The notes under the pieces were generated by a model, which ran no database searches, was not told the DNA's origin, and worked only from the letters and a program-made list of their open reading frames with translations. The position numbers were made by a program, and so were the translations under genes. Shown one piece after another: positions 18,032 to 26,556 of a stretch of DNA of 64,000 bases. Position 1 is the first letter of the stretch. The number at the start of each line of letters is the position of its first letter. Source of the DNA: a virus (Duplodnaviria; Caudoviricetes); the IMG/VR virus record IMGVR_UViG_3300044820_000139, positions 1,430 through 65,429 of that record. One strand, written 5' to 3'.

Positions 18032-20614
18032 TTACTTACCTGCTCCGGCCATGGCTTCCGTGGCCTTCAGGGTCGAGTCGATGATCTCCTTGGCTCCGGA
18101 GACTTGGGCATTGGCAGTTCCTTTGGTAAGCATCGGGTCCATCATGGCAATCTGGCTCAGCCGATCAGCCATTCCCAGGGCAAGCTTCTGCAATTCCTGC
18201 AGGGTTGCCTGTGTAGAGGGATCGGGACCTTTGCTGGGCGGCGCGCCGGCGGCGTTCACCTTTTGCTGGCGCTGGGCGCGCTCGGCCGCAACCTGGGCGT
18301 CCATATCCTCCAATGCGTCATAGTAAGCATTCAGCCGGTCCCAAGCCTCGGGATCTGTATTCCTGAGATCGCACTCGGTCAGTGCATAGCGGCTAACCTC
18401 CTTCTTGGCGATGGTGTAATCCTCGAAGTTCTTGTCGGGCATGACCGGAAGTCTCTTGGTCTGCGCGCCGGTCTGCGGATCGATTGCCACACCCCAGGGC
18501 TTCGAAAGCAGCGTCTGGATGTCGATCTGCGTCTTGGCAACCTGGGCCGCGTCAGGATTGACGGAACCGGGCAGCATGGCGGAAAGCACTGCATCGGCAT
18601 TTTCCGGCACCGCAAACCATGCCTGAGCCGCCGGATTGTTGCTGGTCAACTCCTTGAACATGGTGATGTAGCTCTGGCGGAGTTCGTCGGGAGACGTGGG
18701 CAGACCTTGATCTTCATCGCTGAAGACTTCAACCTCGCCATCCATCTGACTCCAGTCAACCTGCTGGTTGCGCCAGCCCGCGCCCTTTGCCTGCTCCGCG
18801 CTCCAAACCTTGTCCATGGCGCCAATCCGCATCAGTTCCTTGGTGCACTCAATCGCGTTGCGCGCGGCTTGAGCGCATTCGTCCTTCACGTTCTCCCAGT
18901 AGGGCTGCATCCCGGCTGTGGCCTGGCCGAGCATTTGAGCTTGGCCCATGCCTGTTTCCACACCTTCCTGTGTTCCGCCGCCGAACGACTGAGGCGGCAG
19001 CCCGGCGATCAGCTCGCAGAATGTCATCAGCATCTGCGGATAATTCCATGCGGCTGGGTCCATGGGTAGGTTGTAGTGCATGAAGACTTCTGATAGTGGT
19101 CGAGGCTCGCCGTTGATCCGCATCGGAATCGCGAAGATGTGCCCCGGTATCAAGGACCGCTGGTCTGCCTTGTCTGGATCCAACCGGGCACCGTCCGCCA
19201 CATTCAGACCGGTTGAGGCGCGCTGCATCCAGTCGTCCAGCATCTGCATGGCGGCATTGAAGCGCTGATTAAACGGCACTACGCGCTCGCCGATCGACGG
19301 GCAGTAGGGCCCATAGCTCTCGTACAAACGGCAGCTTGACCACTCGCGACGCATCACCGCCGGGCGGATGTCCACCACCACGCCGCCAATCATCGAAACC
19401 TTGCAGCCCTCAGGAAAGGTTGCTTCCATGCGCTTGGCAAAGTCTTCGTGATTCAGTTCCCAATAGGCTGTTGGGTTGAGCCAGTTCTCGCTGTACGTCG
19501 GCCGGCTCTGATTGAGGTCGCTGGCGTAGCCTGAGGTCACTGACTTCAACTGAGTCCTCATCAGCTTTTCCCAGTCGGCGTTCGGCGTTGTCTCGGCGGT
19601 TGCGCCGGCGGAGATCTTCTGACGGAAAGTTGGGAAGAGTTTCAGTGCCTCGCCAAAAGCGATTTCGCGGTCATAGCTGAGCGTGGGTGATTGCCACCAC
19701 TCTTTCACGCTGGGACAAACGTCGATCTCAAGCGGAGAGTGGACGGTCTGTTTCACGCTCGCCCGCGGCACCTTCTTTGTGCCCGCGATCTGCAAACTTG
19801 TCCGGTTACCCTCGCCGGAAGCGTAATAGCTCTCTGGGCCCATGGATGTTCCGCAACCTGGGCAGGGAATCATTCCCTGGCCCTGGTCTTGAATCTTGTC
19901 CATGGGCGTTTCCAGGCCGCAGTTCATACACTTCATTCGCGCCGGCGCCTGAATCTCCATATCGGCGAAGATGTTTTCGTCGTCGTATCCGTTTTCAATG
20001 CCGTCCAGCACGCCGCGGGTGTAGCGGAAGTAGCAGCCGAAGGTATACAGGCACTCGTAGATGGTGCGCAGCATCTTGCGCACCTGGTTCTTGCGATCAA
20101 GAATGGAAATCAGATCCTGCGCGGCTTTGGCGGTCTGGCTGTCCTTGGGCTTTTCGGCATTGGCGGGCCGAACCACACTCTTTGGAATCGCGCGGGTCAA
20201 GTTCCCGACGAATATCTGCTTGAACATGAGAGTGATATTGTTCATCCACTTCTCAAGTTCAACGCTTTCCCCATCCTCAACCAAGCCGTTGTTGCGGATC
20301 TCGGCGAGCGCGTCAAACCAGCAGTTTCCAGTCTGGTCCCATCCCACCCACTGAATGCCCTTCTCCATCATCACGGTGAGCATCCAGACGCGGATTCTCT
20401 CCATGCGGTCCTGCATCCAGCCCGAGCGGAGATAACTGATTGTCGCGACGAGCTCGTTCTTGTCCTCTTCGGTCACGCCAAAGGTTGAGAAATAGTCTAC
20501 CTGGCCGCCGGCAGTCGTCGGCATCTTGAGTGCCGGGTTCTGCATTCCGGGCGCAGCTGTGGCGCTCACTGGATCAGCCGCTCTGCCTATCGGATTGATG
20601 GTGAATGCCGCCAT
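18032..20614 (-). CDS. Portal protein (with zinc-ribbon insertion)
   Basis: 860 aa first gene of the head module; helical C-terminal barrel-like region; CMNC...CPGC insertion. Confidence 0.75.
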   Translation of the reverse strand: MAAFTINPIGRAADPVSATAAPGMQNPALKMPTTAGGQVDYFSTFGVTEEDKNELVATISYLRSGWMQDRMERIRVWMLTVMMEKGIQWVGWDQTGNCWFDALAEIRNNGLVEDGESVELEKWMNNITLMFKQIFVGNLTRAIPKSVVRPANAEKPKDSQTAKAAQDLISILDRKNQVRKMLRTIYECLYTFGCYFRYTRGVLDGIENGYDDENIFADMEIQAPARMKCMNCGLETPMDKIQDQGQGMIPCPGCGTSMGPESYYASGEGNRTSLQIAGTKKVPRASVKQTVHSPLEIDVCPSVKEWWQSPTLSYDREIAFGEALKLFPTFRQKISAGATAETTPNADWEKLMRTQLKSVTSGYASDLNQSRPTYSENWLNPTAYWELNHEDFAKRMEATFPEGCKVSMIGGVVVDIRPAVMRREWSSCRLYESYGPYCPSIGERVVPFNQRFNAAMQMLDDWMQRASTGLNVADGARLDPDKADQRSLIPGHIFAIPMRINGEPRPLSEVFMHYNLPMDPAAWNYPQMLMTFCELIAGLPPQSFGGGTQEGVETGMGQAQMLGQATAGMQPYWENVKDECAQAARNAIECTKELMRIGAMDKVWSAEQAKGAGWRNQQVDWSQMDGEVEVFSDEDQGLPTSPDELRQSYITMFKELTSNNPAAQAWFAVPENADAVLSAMLPGSVNPDAAQVAKTQIDIQTLLSKPWGVAIDPQTGAQTKRLPVMPDKNFEDYTIAKKEVSRYALTECDLRNTDPEAWDRLNAYYDALEDMDAQVAAERAQRQQKVNAAGAPPSKGPDPSTQATLQELQKLALGMADRLSQIAMMDPMLTKGTANAQVSGAKEIIDSTLKATEAMAGAGK

Positions 20615-20615
20615 G

Positions 20616-20981
20616 CTATCCCTTCGCTTGATGCAGGTTACGGTGATTCATTGCCCGAGTTACAACCTCAATGCCGCTTAGAGGCCGCGGTACAACACGT
20701 AGAGGCTCTTCCTTTTTGGGTTCCGCAGGAAGTTCCAGAACCTGAGCAACGGTCTGTTGCTGAGCAATGAGAATAGGCTCCGGAGGCTGTGGAGGCATAG
20801 AATTTTGCGCTTGACCTCCAAAGTTTGATTGAACGGTTGGGCCACTTAAATGCTGACCTGCAATCTGCGCGCGCAGCTCGGCTTCGAGCTTCACGCGCAA
20901 CTCGGAAACCTCTGCTTTGAGGTTGTCGTTGTCCCGCTCCAGCCGTTCGTATTGTTCGCGAGTTACCCAACCAAAAGCCAT
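20616..20981 (-). CDS. Hypothetical coiled-coil protein
   Basis: 121 aa ORF immediately upstream of portal. Confidence 0.6.
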   Translation of the reverse strand: MAFGWVTREQYERLERDNDNLKAEVSELRVKLEAELRAQIAGQHLSGPTVQSNFGGQAQNSMPPQPPEPILIAQQQTVAQVLELPAEPKKEEPLRVVPRPLSGIEVVTRAMNHRNLHQAKG

Positions 20982-20984
20982 GTT

Positions 20985-21446
20985 TTATACCCACTCACTG
21001 ACGATGACGCCGGTGGCTGTTGCGGTGGCGCTTAGAAGTTGCACGATTGGAGTGCCCAATGTTGCCGTCCCGCCGGGACTGTCGACGTTGCCGGCAGAGC
21101 CTGGATTGCCCAAAGGAGCTTCGGTTCCGCTGTGGATGTTGTGCTTGTCACCAAACGTCAATTGCGGAAACGAAACACTAGTGCCAGCCACAGCCGGAGA
21201 GGGAGCAAAATTCCCAGCAGCCAGGCCCACCGTAGGAGCAGCCGGTTCGGAGTTGAGCGTGATGTTGCTCGATAGCGCAAAAGGATCAAGAGCGTTGTAT
21301 TGAAGACCCTGTGCAGCTCCTAAGTTCATTGCCGGATCTTCAATAATCTCGACGAATTTGGCGAAGGTGGTAAGACGAATGACGGTAAAAAGACCGCCCG
21401 TTGCAGCGACTGGATACCACGTCCGTTTTGGGTTGGTCTGCGGCAT
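20985..21446 (-). CDS. Hypothetical protein
   Basis: Start moved to ATG 21446 behind AAGGAG. Confidence 0.6.
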   Translation of the reverse strand: MPQTNPKRTWYPVAATGGLFTVIRLTTFAKFVEIIEDPAMNLGAAQGLQYNALDPFALSSNITLNSEPAAPTVGLAAGNFAPSPAVAGTSVSFPQLTFGDKHNIHSGTEAPLGNPGSAGNVDSPGGTATLGTPIVQLLSATATATGVIVSEWV

Positions 21447-21523
21447 CTGAATCTCCTTTTTGATTCCAACAAATAGGGCAGCCCGCAAAGGCTGCCCTGC
21501 TGATTACCGTCAATTCGAAACTG

Positions 21524-21751
21524 TCAGCTGAATTTGATTTTGCGCATATCCTTTGGAAACGCCCGCCTCAGACTTCCCCGCGGCGTCTTGAAGTAGGCAC
21601 CGGCGTACTGCAGGGCCCAGGTGAGCACCGATGCCTGCTCCACCGGGTCCGTGCCCGGCTGAGAGACCCGCTGCAGCTCCTCGCGAATGTTCTCCATCTC
21701 GGCGGTGGTGATGAGTGCCACGCTGGGAATACGTCGTGTTAGGCGTGTCAT
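21524..21751 (-). CDS. Hypothetical protein
   Basis: 75 aa ORF, ATGA-coupled to the upstream gene. Confidence 0.55.
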   Translation of the reverse strand: MTRLTRRIPSVALITTAEMENIREELQRVSQPGTDPVEQASVLTWALQYAGAYFKTPRGSLRRAFPKDMRKIKFS

Positions 21752-22620
21752 TGGGTGTCGACTGCGCCGCTTCCGGGCTCAAACGTTCCACCGTCGGGCT
21801 CTGTGGCTCCCTGCTGACCGCCAACCGGAAGTGGCATAGTCTCCATCGCATCAATCAGTCTTTTCTCGGCATCCTGAAAAGCTGACTCGTCGCCTGTTTT
21901 ATCGGCATCACAAAGATCATTCAGCGCGTTTTTACCTTCCGTGGTCAGTTCCAGTTTTGCGCCGCTGGTTGCCTCTGCCGCGGCCTTCTCTTGTGCCACC
22001 GCATCGAGATCTGCGGCGCTCGGATCCTCTTTGTCTGCGGGCTTGACAATAGCCAACTGGCTAGCCAGGAATAGCTCGTTGAGCCCCTTCACACCGTAGT
22101 AAACCCGCTTGTTGATGTACTCGACGTGGCTGATGGTGTAGGTCTCCGGATACTTCTTGGACAGCTTCGGATCGATGACCACAACTTGAGAATCGGCCGG
22201 AATGTCTGCGGGGAGAGAGGATGAGGTGGTCTCAAGTCCAACATCCACGCCAGGATCTCCGGATACGTGAGCAGTTAGCACTGAAAGAGGAGTGCTGGGC
22301 GCTTCTACCGCACCGCTTTCGTCCGCTTGGCCTACCGGCGTGTACCCCTGCTCGAAAGCCTCGGTCGGCGAATAGCTGCTGTAGCCGTCCTCATACTGGA
22401 CGTAGTAGCCGCCAACCTGGGGGGCTTTGCTGCTGTACCACAGACGGGTGACGTCTACATGAGCTGCACCCGCAAGCGCAAGGCGATGAAATCCGGGGGT
22501 TGGGCTCAGCGCCACGCCCACAATCTTGGCGGCGCACACGGTTTTGTGGCAGAGGTACTCGGGCAGGCTGACCTCGGTGAGACTGCCGTCGGCTTGGGCT
22601 TGGAAAATCTGTTCGCTCAT
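21748..22620 (-). CDS. Hypothetical phage protein (GGYYVQYEDGYSSYSP..AFEQGY motif)
   Basis: Motif I recognise from a common phage hypothetical family; start at ATG 22620 behind GAGGAG. Confidence 0.65.
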   Translation of the reverse strand: MSEQIFQAQADGSLTEVSLPEYLCHKTVCAAKIVGVALSPTPGFHRLALAGAAHVDVTRLWYSSKAPQVGGYYVQYEDGYSSYSPTEAFEQGYTPVGQADESGAVEAPSTPLSVLTAHVSGDPGVDVGLETTSSSLPADIPADSQVVVIDPKLSKKYPETYTISHVEYINKRVYYGVKGLNELFLASQLAIVKPADKEDPSAADLDAVAQEKAAAEATSGAKLELTTEGKNALNDLCDADKTGDESAFQDAEKRLIDAMETMPLPVGGQQGATEPDGGTFEPGSGAVDTQ

Positions 22621-22695
22621 TGAAAACTCCTCATCTTTCGTTTCGCTACTTGTTGATATTTCAGGCCGCCGGGCGGTCTGCAAATTCTGATTCCT

Positions 22696-22908
22696 TTACA
22701 TCTGGCTAAGTTTGCTCTTTACCGCTGTTTTCCAAGCCATAGCCTTTTCGCCTTGCGTTCCATTTGGCATTGCGATCGCGATAGCCGGAGCCTTTCCATT
22801 CGAGGTTGCAGTTGCTGTCGCTGTGGCATTCCGTGTAGCCACGGTGGAGGTTTTTGTTGGCGCAACCGTTGATGTCTTGGTTGAAGTTGACGCACCTGGC
22901 TTTATCAT
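22696..22908 (-). CDS. Small Thr/Ala-rich hypothetical protein
   Basis: 70 aa ORF with TKTSTVA repeated twice; GGAGAGAGG RBS. Confidence 0.5.
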   Translation of the reverse strand: MIKPGASTSTKTSTVAPTKTSTVATRNATATATATSNGKAPAIAIAMPNGTQGEKAMAWKTAVKSKLSQM

Positions 22909-22920
22909 TGTGCCTCTCTC

Positions 22921-23373
22921 CTACGAGGTGAACAACACGACTTCCGCCGCGCGGCGCGCTACCAGCCCCGGTAGTTTTGTTTCAACGCCGTTGATTGCGC
23001 CGTAGACCCATGCTGGCATCTGAGCGGGTACCTGGTCCCAACCATGGTGCAGCATCGTGGCGAGATGGGCGGCACCCTCATTGTAGATGAAGTCGGCGCA
23101 AGCGTCCCACTGATTCTGTGTTGCCGTTGGCGGAAGCATCCGCGCGAGCGCCGGATCATAGATCGTGGCCATGTCCTGATCGAGAATCAAGTCGGCCTGT
23201 GCTTGCGTGATGCCGTTCGAAATGTCAATCCCATAAACAGTCTGCGATTTTTGCTCAGCAGATGTTAGATCGTGGCCGTGACCGATCTGCGGCCCGCGGT
23301 TATCGGGCTTCACGGTCAAGCATAAACCCTCGTTCTTTGCGATGAACACCTTGCCCGCATCAGATGTTTTCAT
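22921..23373 (-). CDS. Endolysin, GH24 lysozyme family
   Basis: EGLCLTVKPD (E-x8-D), IGHGH, F.YN.G and LPGLVARRAAE motifs. Confidence 0.85.
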   Translation of the reverse strand: MKTSDAGKVFIAKNEGLCLTVKPDNRGPQIGHGHDLTSAEQKSQTVYGIDISNGITQAQADLILDQDMATIYDPALARMLPPTATQNQWDACADFIYNEGAAHLATMLHHGWDQVPAQMPAWVYGAINGVETKLPGLVARRAAEVVLFTS

Positions 23374-23388
23374 GTTTTCCTCAAAGAG

Positions 23389-23487
23389 TCAGTTCAAATC
23401 TTTCAGGCTGGCCTTGCCAATAATGACCAGCACACAGAACCAGGCCGCCTTCGCCGCCGCAACCGCTAACGCCACTGGCTTGTTCAC
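23389..23487 (-). CDS. Small hydrophobic peptide (32 aa)
   Basis: GTG overlaps the upstream TGA; MNKPVALAVAAAKAAWFCVLVIIGKASLKDLN. Confidence 0.35.
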   Translation of the reverse strand: MNKPVALAVAAAKAAWFCVLVIIGKASLKDLN

Positions 23488-23726
23488 GCCAGCGCCTGCT
23501 CGACGGCCGTCGCGATCTGCCGCTCGGCCATGCCAGTACAGAATGGGGGAGCCGAAAGAACGGTGATGCTGAGAGTAGAACCGTCGTAAGTCCAGCTCAC
23601 GGTCACGCCGCTCGTCTTCGCTGTGCCGGAGTTGCCGGAGATGGGAACGCCAGCCGCCGCGCATTGAGCTTCCATCGCGGCGTATTGTGCTGGCGTTACC
23701 TGCCATGTTTGAGCTTTGTTGGACAT
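23484..23726 (-). CDS. Hypothetical protein (80 aa)
   Basis: ATG 23726 behind GGAG; MSNKAQTWQVTP... Confidence 0.6.
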   Translation of the reverse strand: MSNKAQTWQVTPAQYAAMEAQCAAAGVPISGNSGTAKTSGVTVSWTYDGSTLSITVLSAPPFCTGMAERQIATAVEQALA

Positions 23727-23755
23727 TGTTATCTCCGGTTGAACTGTACGCCGTT

Positions 23756-24373
23756 TCAGAATAGCTGCTGCTGCTTCCGCTTGAGAAGCAGTGCGCGCCG
23801 GAGCTTGGCCGCAGCGCTGCTCTGAGCCGTGCTGCTCGCTGTACCGCCAAAATAGACCTGAAGTCCAGATTTGACGATGACAATGCCGGGATTTTGCCAT
23901 TCACCATAGATTGCCTTCCAAACCACGCTGCCGCTGGAGTTGATCGCAACGTCCGCTCCCGCCCCCACAAACCCCGTCAGAAACGTATTACCCACCGCAG
24001 GAACGGTCGAGCCGGCGCCGCCTCGGAGGTACACGCGGAAAGAATCCGCGGGGATATTGGTCGACTTGAGAACCGATGCGACAAATTTGGTGGGAACATA
24101 CTCGGCATAGCCGCCATAGGTGCTGAAACCAGCCGTCCCATAATTGCGCGCCAGTGCGCCCAGGTAGATCGAATTCACATAGCCGTTGCTATCGGCGGCC
24201 GAGTCTTTCACATCGAAATTCGTAAACTCGGTCGATCCAACAGTCCAGGTCCCGTGATAGTGAACTGCGTCAGCGGTGGATCCAACGCTTAGCGCGATGC
24301 CCGTCTGTGCCATAAGCGCACCGGCAAAAACAAGCATGATAGTCAACGATGCAACTTTCAGAATCGATTTCAT
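23756..24373 (-). CDS. Secreted, probable small outer-membrane beta-barrel protein
   Basis: Signal peptide MKSILKVASLTIMLVFAGALMA/Q; amphipathic Gly/aromatic strands ending GLQVYF, then a basic tail; GAGGAG RBS. Confidence 0.6.
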   Translation of the reverse strand: MKSILKVASLTIMLVFAGALMAQTGIALSVGSTADAVHYHGTWTVGSTEFTNFDVKDSAADSNGYVNSIYLGALARNYGTAGFSTYGGYAEYVPTKFVASVLKSTNIPADSFRVYLRGGAGSTVPAVGNTFLTGFVGAGADVAINSSGSVVWKAIYGEWQNPGIVIVKSGLQVYFGGTASSTAQSSAAAKLRRALLLKRKQQQLF

Positions 24374-24416
24374 TGCGTTTCTCCTCGTGAAACGGGGTTG
24401 GGCGCCGTGGCGCGGG

Positions 24417-24593
24417 TTATGTGTTGGATTGGGTAAACAGATAGTAGTCAATGGCAGTCTTCAAGCCGGTGAGAGTAATCGCACCGGACTGAGGTTCGGG
24501 CGGCGGCGGATAGGGAACTTCGTTAGGAATCTCGATTTTCCCTTCGAAAACCACAGAGTTTGAGTCGTCAAGAACTTGAATGGATAATTTCAT
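24417..24593 (-). CDS. Hypothetical protein (58 aa)
   Basis: Hand-translated MKLSIQVLDDSNSVVFEGKIEIP...; AAGGA RBS; below the ORF track cutoff. Confidence 0.55.
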   Translation of the reverse strand: MKLSIQVLDDSNSVVFEGKIEIPNEVPYPPPPEPQSGAITLTGLKTAIDYYLFTQSNT

Positions 24594-24623
24594 AATTTCC
24601 TTTTTCGTGCGCCGCAGCGCAAG

Positions 24624-25346
24624 CTATCGAATGAGCGCAAGATCGGCTTCGAGTTGCGCCAGATTCAGGCCTGTCGGATCTACACCACTCTTATCGAACC
24701 AATCGGGAGAGATGGCCGCGTAGATCTCGTCGAAATACGCAGAGAAAAACTCCCAGGTCATTTGATAGAGCGCTCCCCAACTGATCGCCACCGGCCCGGT
24801 TTCGTTGTAGCCGATCAGCACGACGCAGTGCCCGCCATCGATGCTGGTATCGTCCGTGACTGTCCACTCCTGCTGGTCCATGGCCGAGTTCGGAAAGTTC
24901 ATCCCAGTGTAAAGCGGCCCAAAGAGCGCCAGCGCCTGCTTTACCTCGTCCACGTTTGCTGGGCTCACTGAGGCATACGCGGTCACCGTGTGGCCGTTGA
25001 TGCCGTGCTTCTTCCAAAGGTTTAGCACGTCCAGCAGCACACCGCCCTGATCTGTGCTCGGATCGTCTGGATTGTAGCCGTCAAATATCTCGTAATAATC
25101 CAGCGCGTCCGTATCGATGAACGTTATTGGGTGCCCACTGTTCAGCCCCCAGGCTTCAATCGCGTGCAGCGCGCCTGCGATCGTGCAGTCGCCCAGGGTG
25201 TCGTTCATCAGCATGCCCCAGGCGGTCTGTCCCTTCGTCCAGTCGCAGGTGGCCGGCGCGGCGGGGAGGGCCGCAGTGAGGTACCGCGCCAGCCGCAATG
25301 TGCGGGAATCGGTTTTGACGGCCTTGCGGCCAAGTCTGAAAGCCAT
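24624..25346 (-). CDS. Papain-like (C1-type) cysteine peptidase
   Basis: NDTLGDC (catalytic Cys), DQGG, GGHCVVLIGY (His), ISWG. Confidence 0.7.
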   Translation of the reverse strand: MAFRLGRKAVKTDSRTLRLARYLTAALPAAPATCDWTKGQTAWGMLMNDTLGDCTIAGALHAIEAWGLNSGHPITFIDTDALDYYEIFDGYNPDDPSTDQGGVLLDVLNLWKKHGINGHTVTAYASVSPANVDEVKQALALFGPLYTGMNFPNSAMDQQEWTVTDDTSIDGGHCVVLIGYNETGPVAISWGALYQMTWEFFSAYFDEIYAAISPDWFDKSGVDPTGLNLAQLEADLALIR

Positions 25347-25382
25347 GAGGTGTACCTCTTCACTTCTGCGCAAATGCGCGGG

Positions 25383-25622
25383 TTACTTGCTTTGGGTTGG
25401 TGTGGCGCCAGGCGGAGTCCGGTAGAGCAAGCGAACCGCGGTTATCCCACCCGTGACCGCCACCACTATCAATTTATGCCACCCGGCGTTAGAAAAGTCG
25501 AGATGGCCTGATTGGAACGCGCTATCCGCAAAATCCAGCGCGGCGCCGATCGCCCCGCCTTCAAAAGCTACAACCCAAGGATTGCTCTGAACTGACAGCC
25601 AGATTTTCTTCCACATGGCCAT
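25383..25622 (-). CDS. Putative holin (two hydrophobic segments)
   Basis: 79 aa, two hydrophobic stretches, in the lysis cluster; MAM double-start pattern. Confidence 0.5.
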   Translation of the reverse strand: MAMWKKIWLSVQSNPWVVAFEGGAIGAALDFADSAFQSGHLDFSNAGWHKLIVVAVTGGITAVRLLYRTPPGATPTQSK

Positions 25623-25628
25623 TCCTTT

Positions 25629-25829
25629 CTATTGCCGGTTCTCAAATGCTTCGCCAACGGCTTCACTTGCGCCTTCAAGGAGTTGATGCCACCACCCGCA
25701 CTTGGGGCACTTGCCGACTCCCTCGATTGGCTCGGCGGGCGGTTCGGGGGTTGCCTTCGGGTCGCAGAGAATAGGCACCGGAGGATATGGCGGCCCAATT
25801 GGAATCTTCGGTTTTACTGCGTCTCCCAC
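25629..25829 (-). CDS. Small Pro-rich hypothetical protein with CPKC
   Basis: 66 aa ORF with GGAGGA RBS. Confidence 0.5.
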   Translation of the reverse strand: MGDAVKPKIPIGPPYPPVPILCDPKATPEPPAEPIEGVGKCPKCGWWHQLLEGASEAVGEAFENRQ

Positions 25830-26224
25830 GGTCTTCCTCCTTCTGTCCTGGTTACCTTCTGTTCGGCTTTCCGTAAAAAGCCTAATACGGTTTCGGGTTC
25901 GGCGAGAGAGTTCCCCTCATGCTGCTGGGGAATGACTTGATTAAAAAGAGGCGCGCCATCGTGCTTGCGCAAATAGTCTTGTATTTCCTTAACTTCTGAT
26001 TTTACGGTGGTCAGGTCATCTTCGATTCTTTGTTCGTGCTGACCAGCGTAATAGAACCCGCCGAAGATCGTTATGCAGATCGGAATCCATGCTGGAATCC
26101 ACTTATGCCAAAAGTCTCTTACTTTCTCGGCCACCCTGCTAACCCTCGTACTCGGATTTTGCCCATGAGCCTGTGTGCTTCTCCGGTTCTGCCTTCGGTC
26201 CCTCAAGTTGCGCCGCTCTTCCAT
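25814..26224 (-). CDS. Membrane protein with coiled coil (lysis-associated?)
   Basis: One TM segment WIPAWIPICITIFGGFYY followed by a coiled coil. Confidence 0.55.
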   Translation of the reverse strand: MEERRNLRDRRQNRRSTQAHGQNPSTRVSRVAEKVRDFWHKWIPAWIPICITIFGGFYYAGQHEQRIEDDLTTVKSEVKEIQDYLRKHDGAPLFNQVIPQQHEGNSLAEPETVLGFLRKAEQKVTRTEGGRPWETQ

Positions 26225-26256
26225 GTAAAGCCTCGTTTCACCAGGAGCCCGCTTTC

Positions 26257-26532
26257 TTACCGATGCGCGAAGAATGCAAAGTTGATGACTTCCAGTATCA
26301 GCCCAAAAACCGTGCAGATCACAACGCAGACCGCAAGTGAGTTGGACTTCGTCTTGTTGACCACCTCAAGTGCAGTATCAACCGCCTTCTGTGAGGCCTC
26401 GAAAGCTGTGTCAACAGCCTTCTGTGAGGCTTCGAAGCGCTCCTCGTACCGCTTGTCACGCTCGCCCATGATGGCGATCAAGTGCTCTTTCAAGGTTTCG
26501 ACAGTCCAGCCTTCTTTTTCGTCGGCCATCAC
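26257..26532 (-). CDS. Small membrane protein with internal 11-aa duplication
   Basis: FEASQKAVDTA twice; C-terminal TM helix. Confidence 0.6.
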   Translation of the reverse strand: MMADEKEGWTVETLKEHLIAIMGERDKRYEERFEASQKAVDTAFEASQKAVDTALEVVNKTKSNSLAVCVVICTVFGLILEVINFAFFAHR

Positions 26533-26556
26533 TTCACCTGCTTTGCTGCGCTGGAG

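Noticed and set aside
22921-26532. Rz/Rz1 spanin pair
   Set aside because: No lipobox-containing gene was found nested in or next to a type II membrane coiled-coil gene in this cluster.
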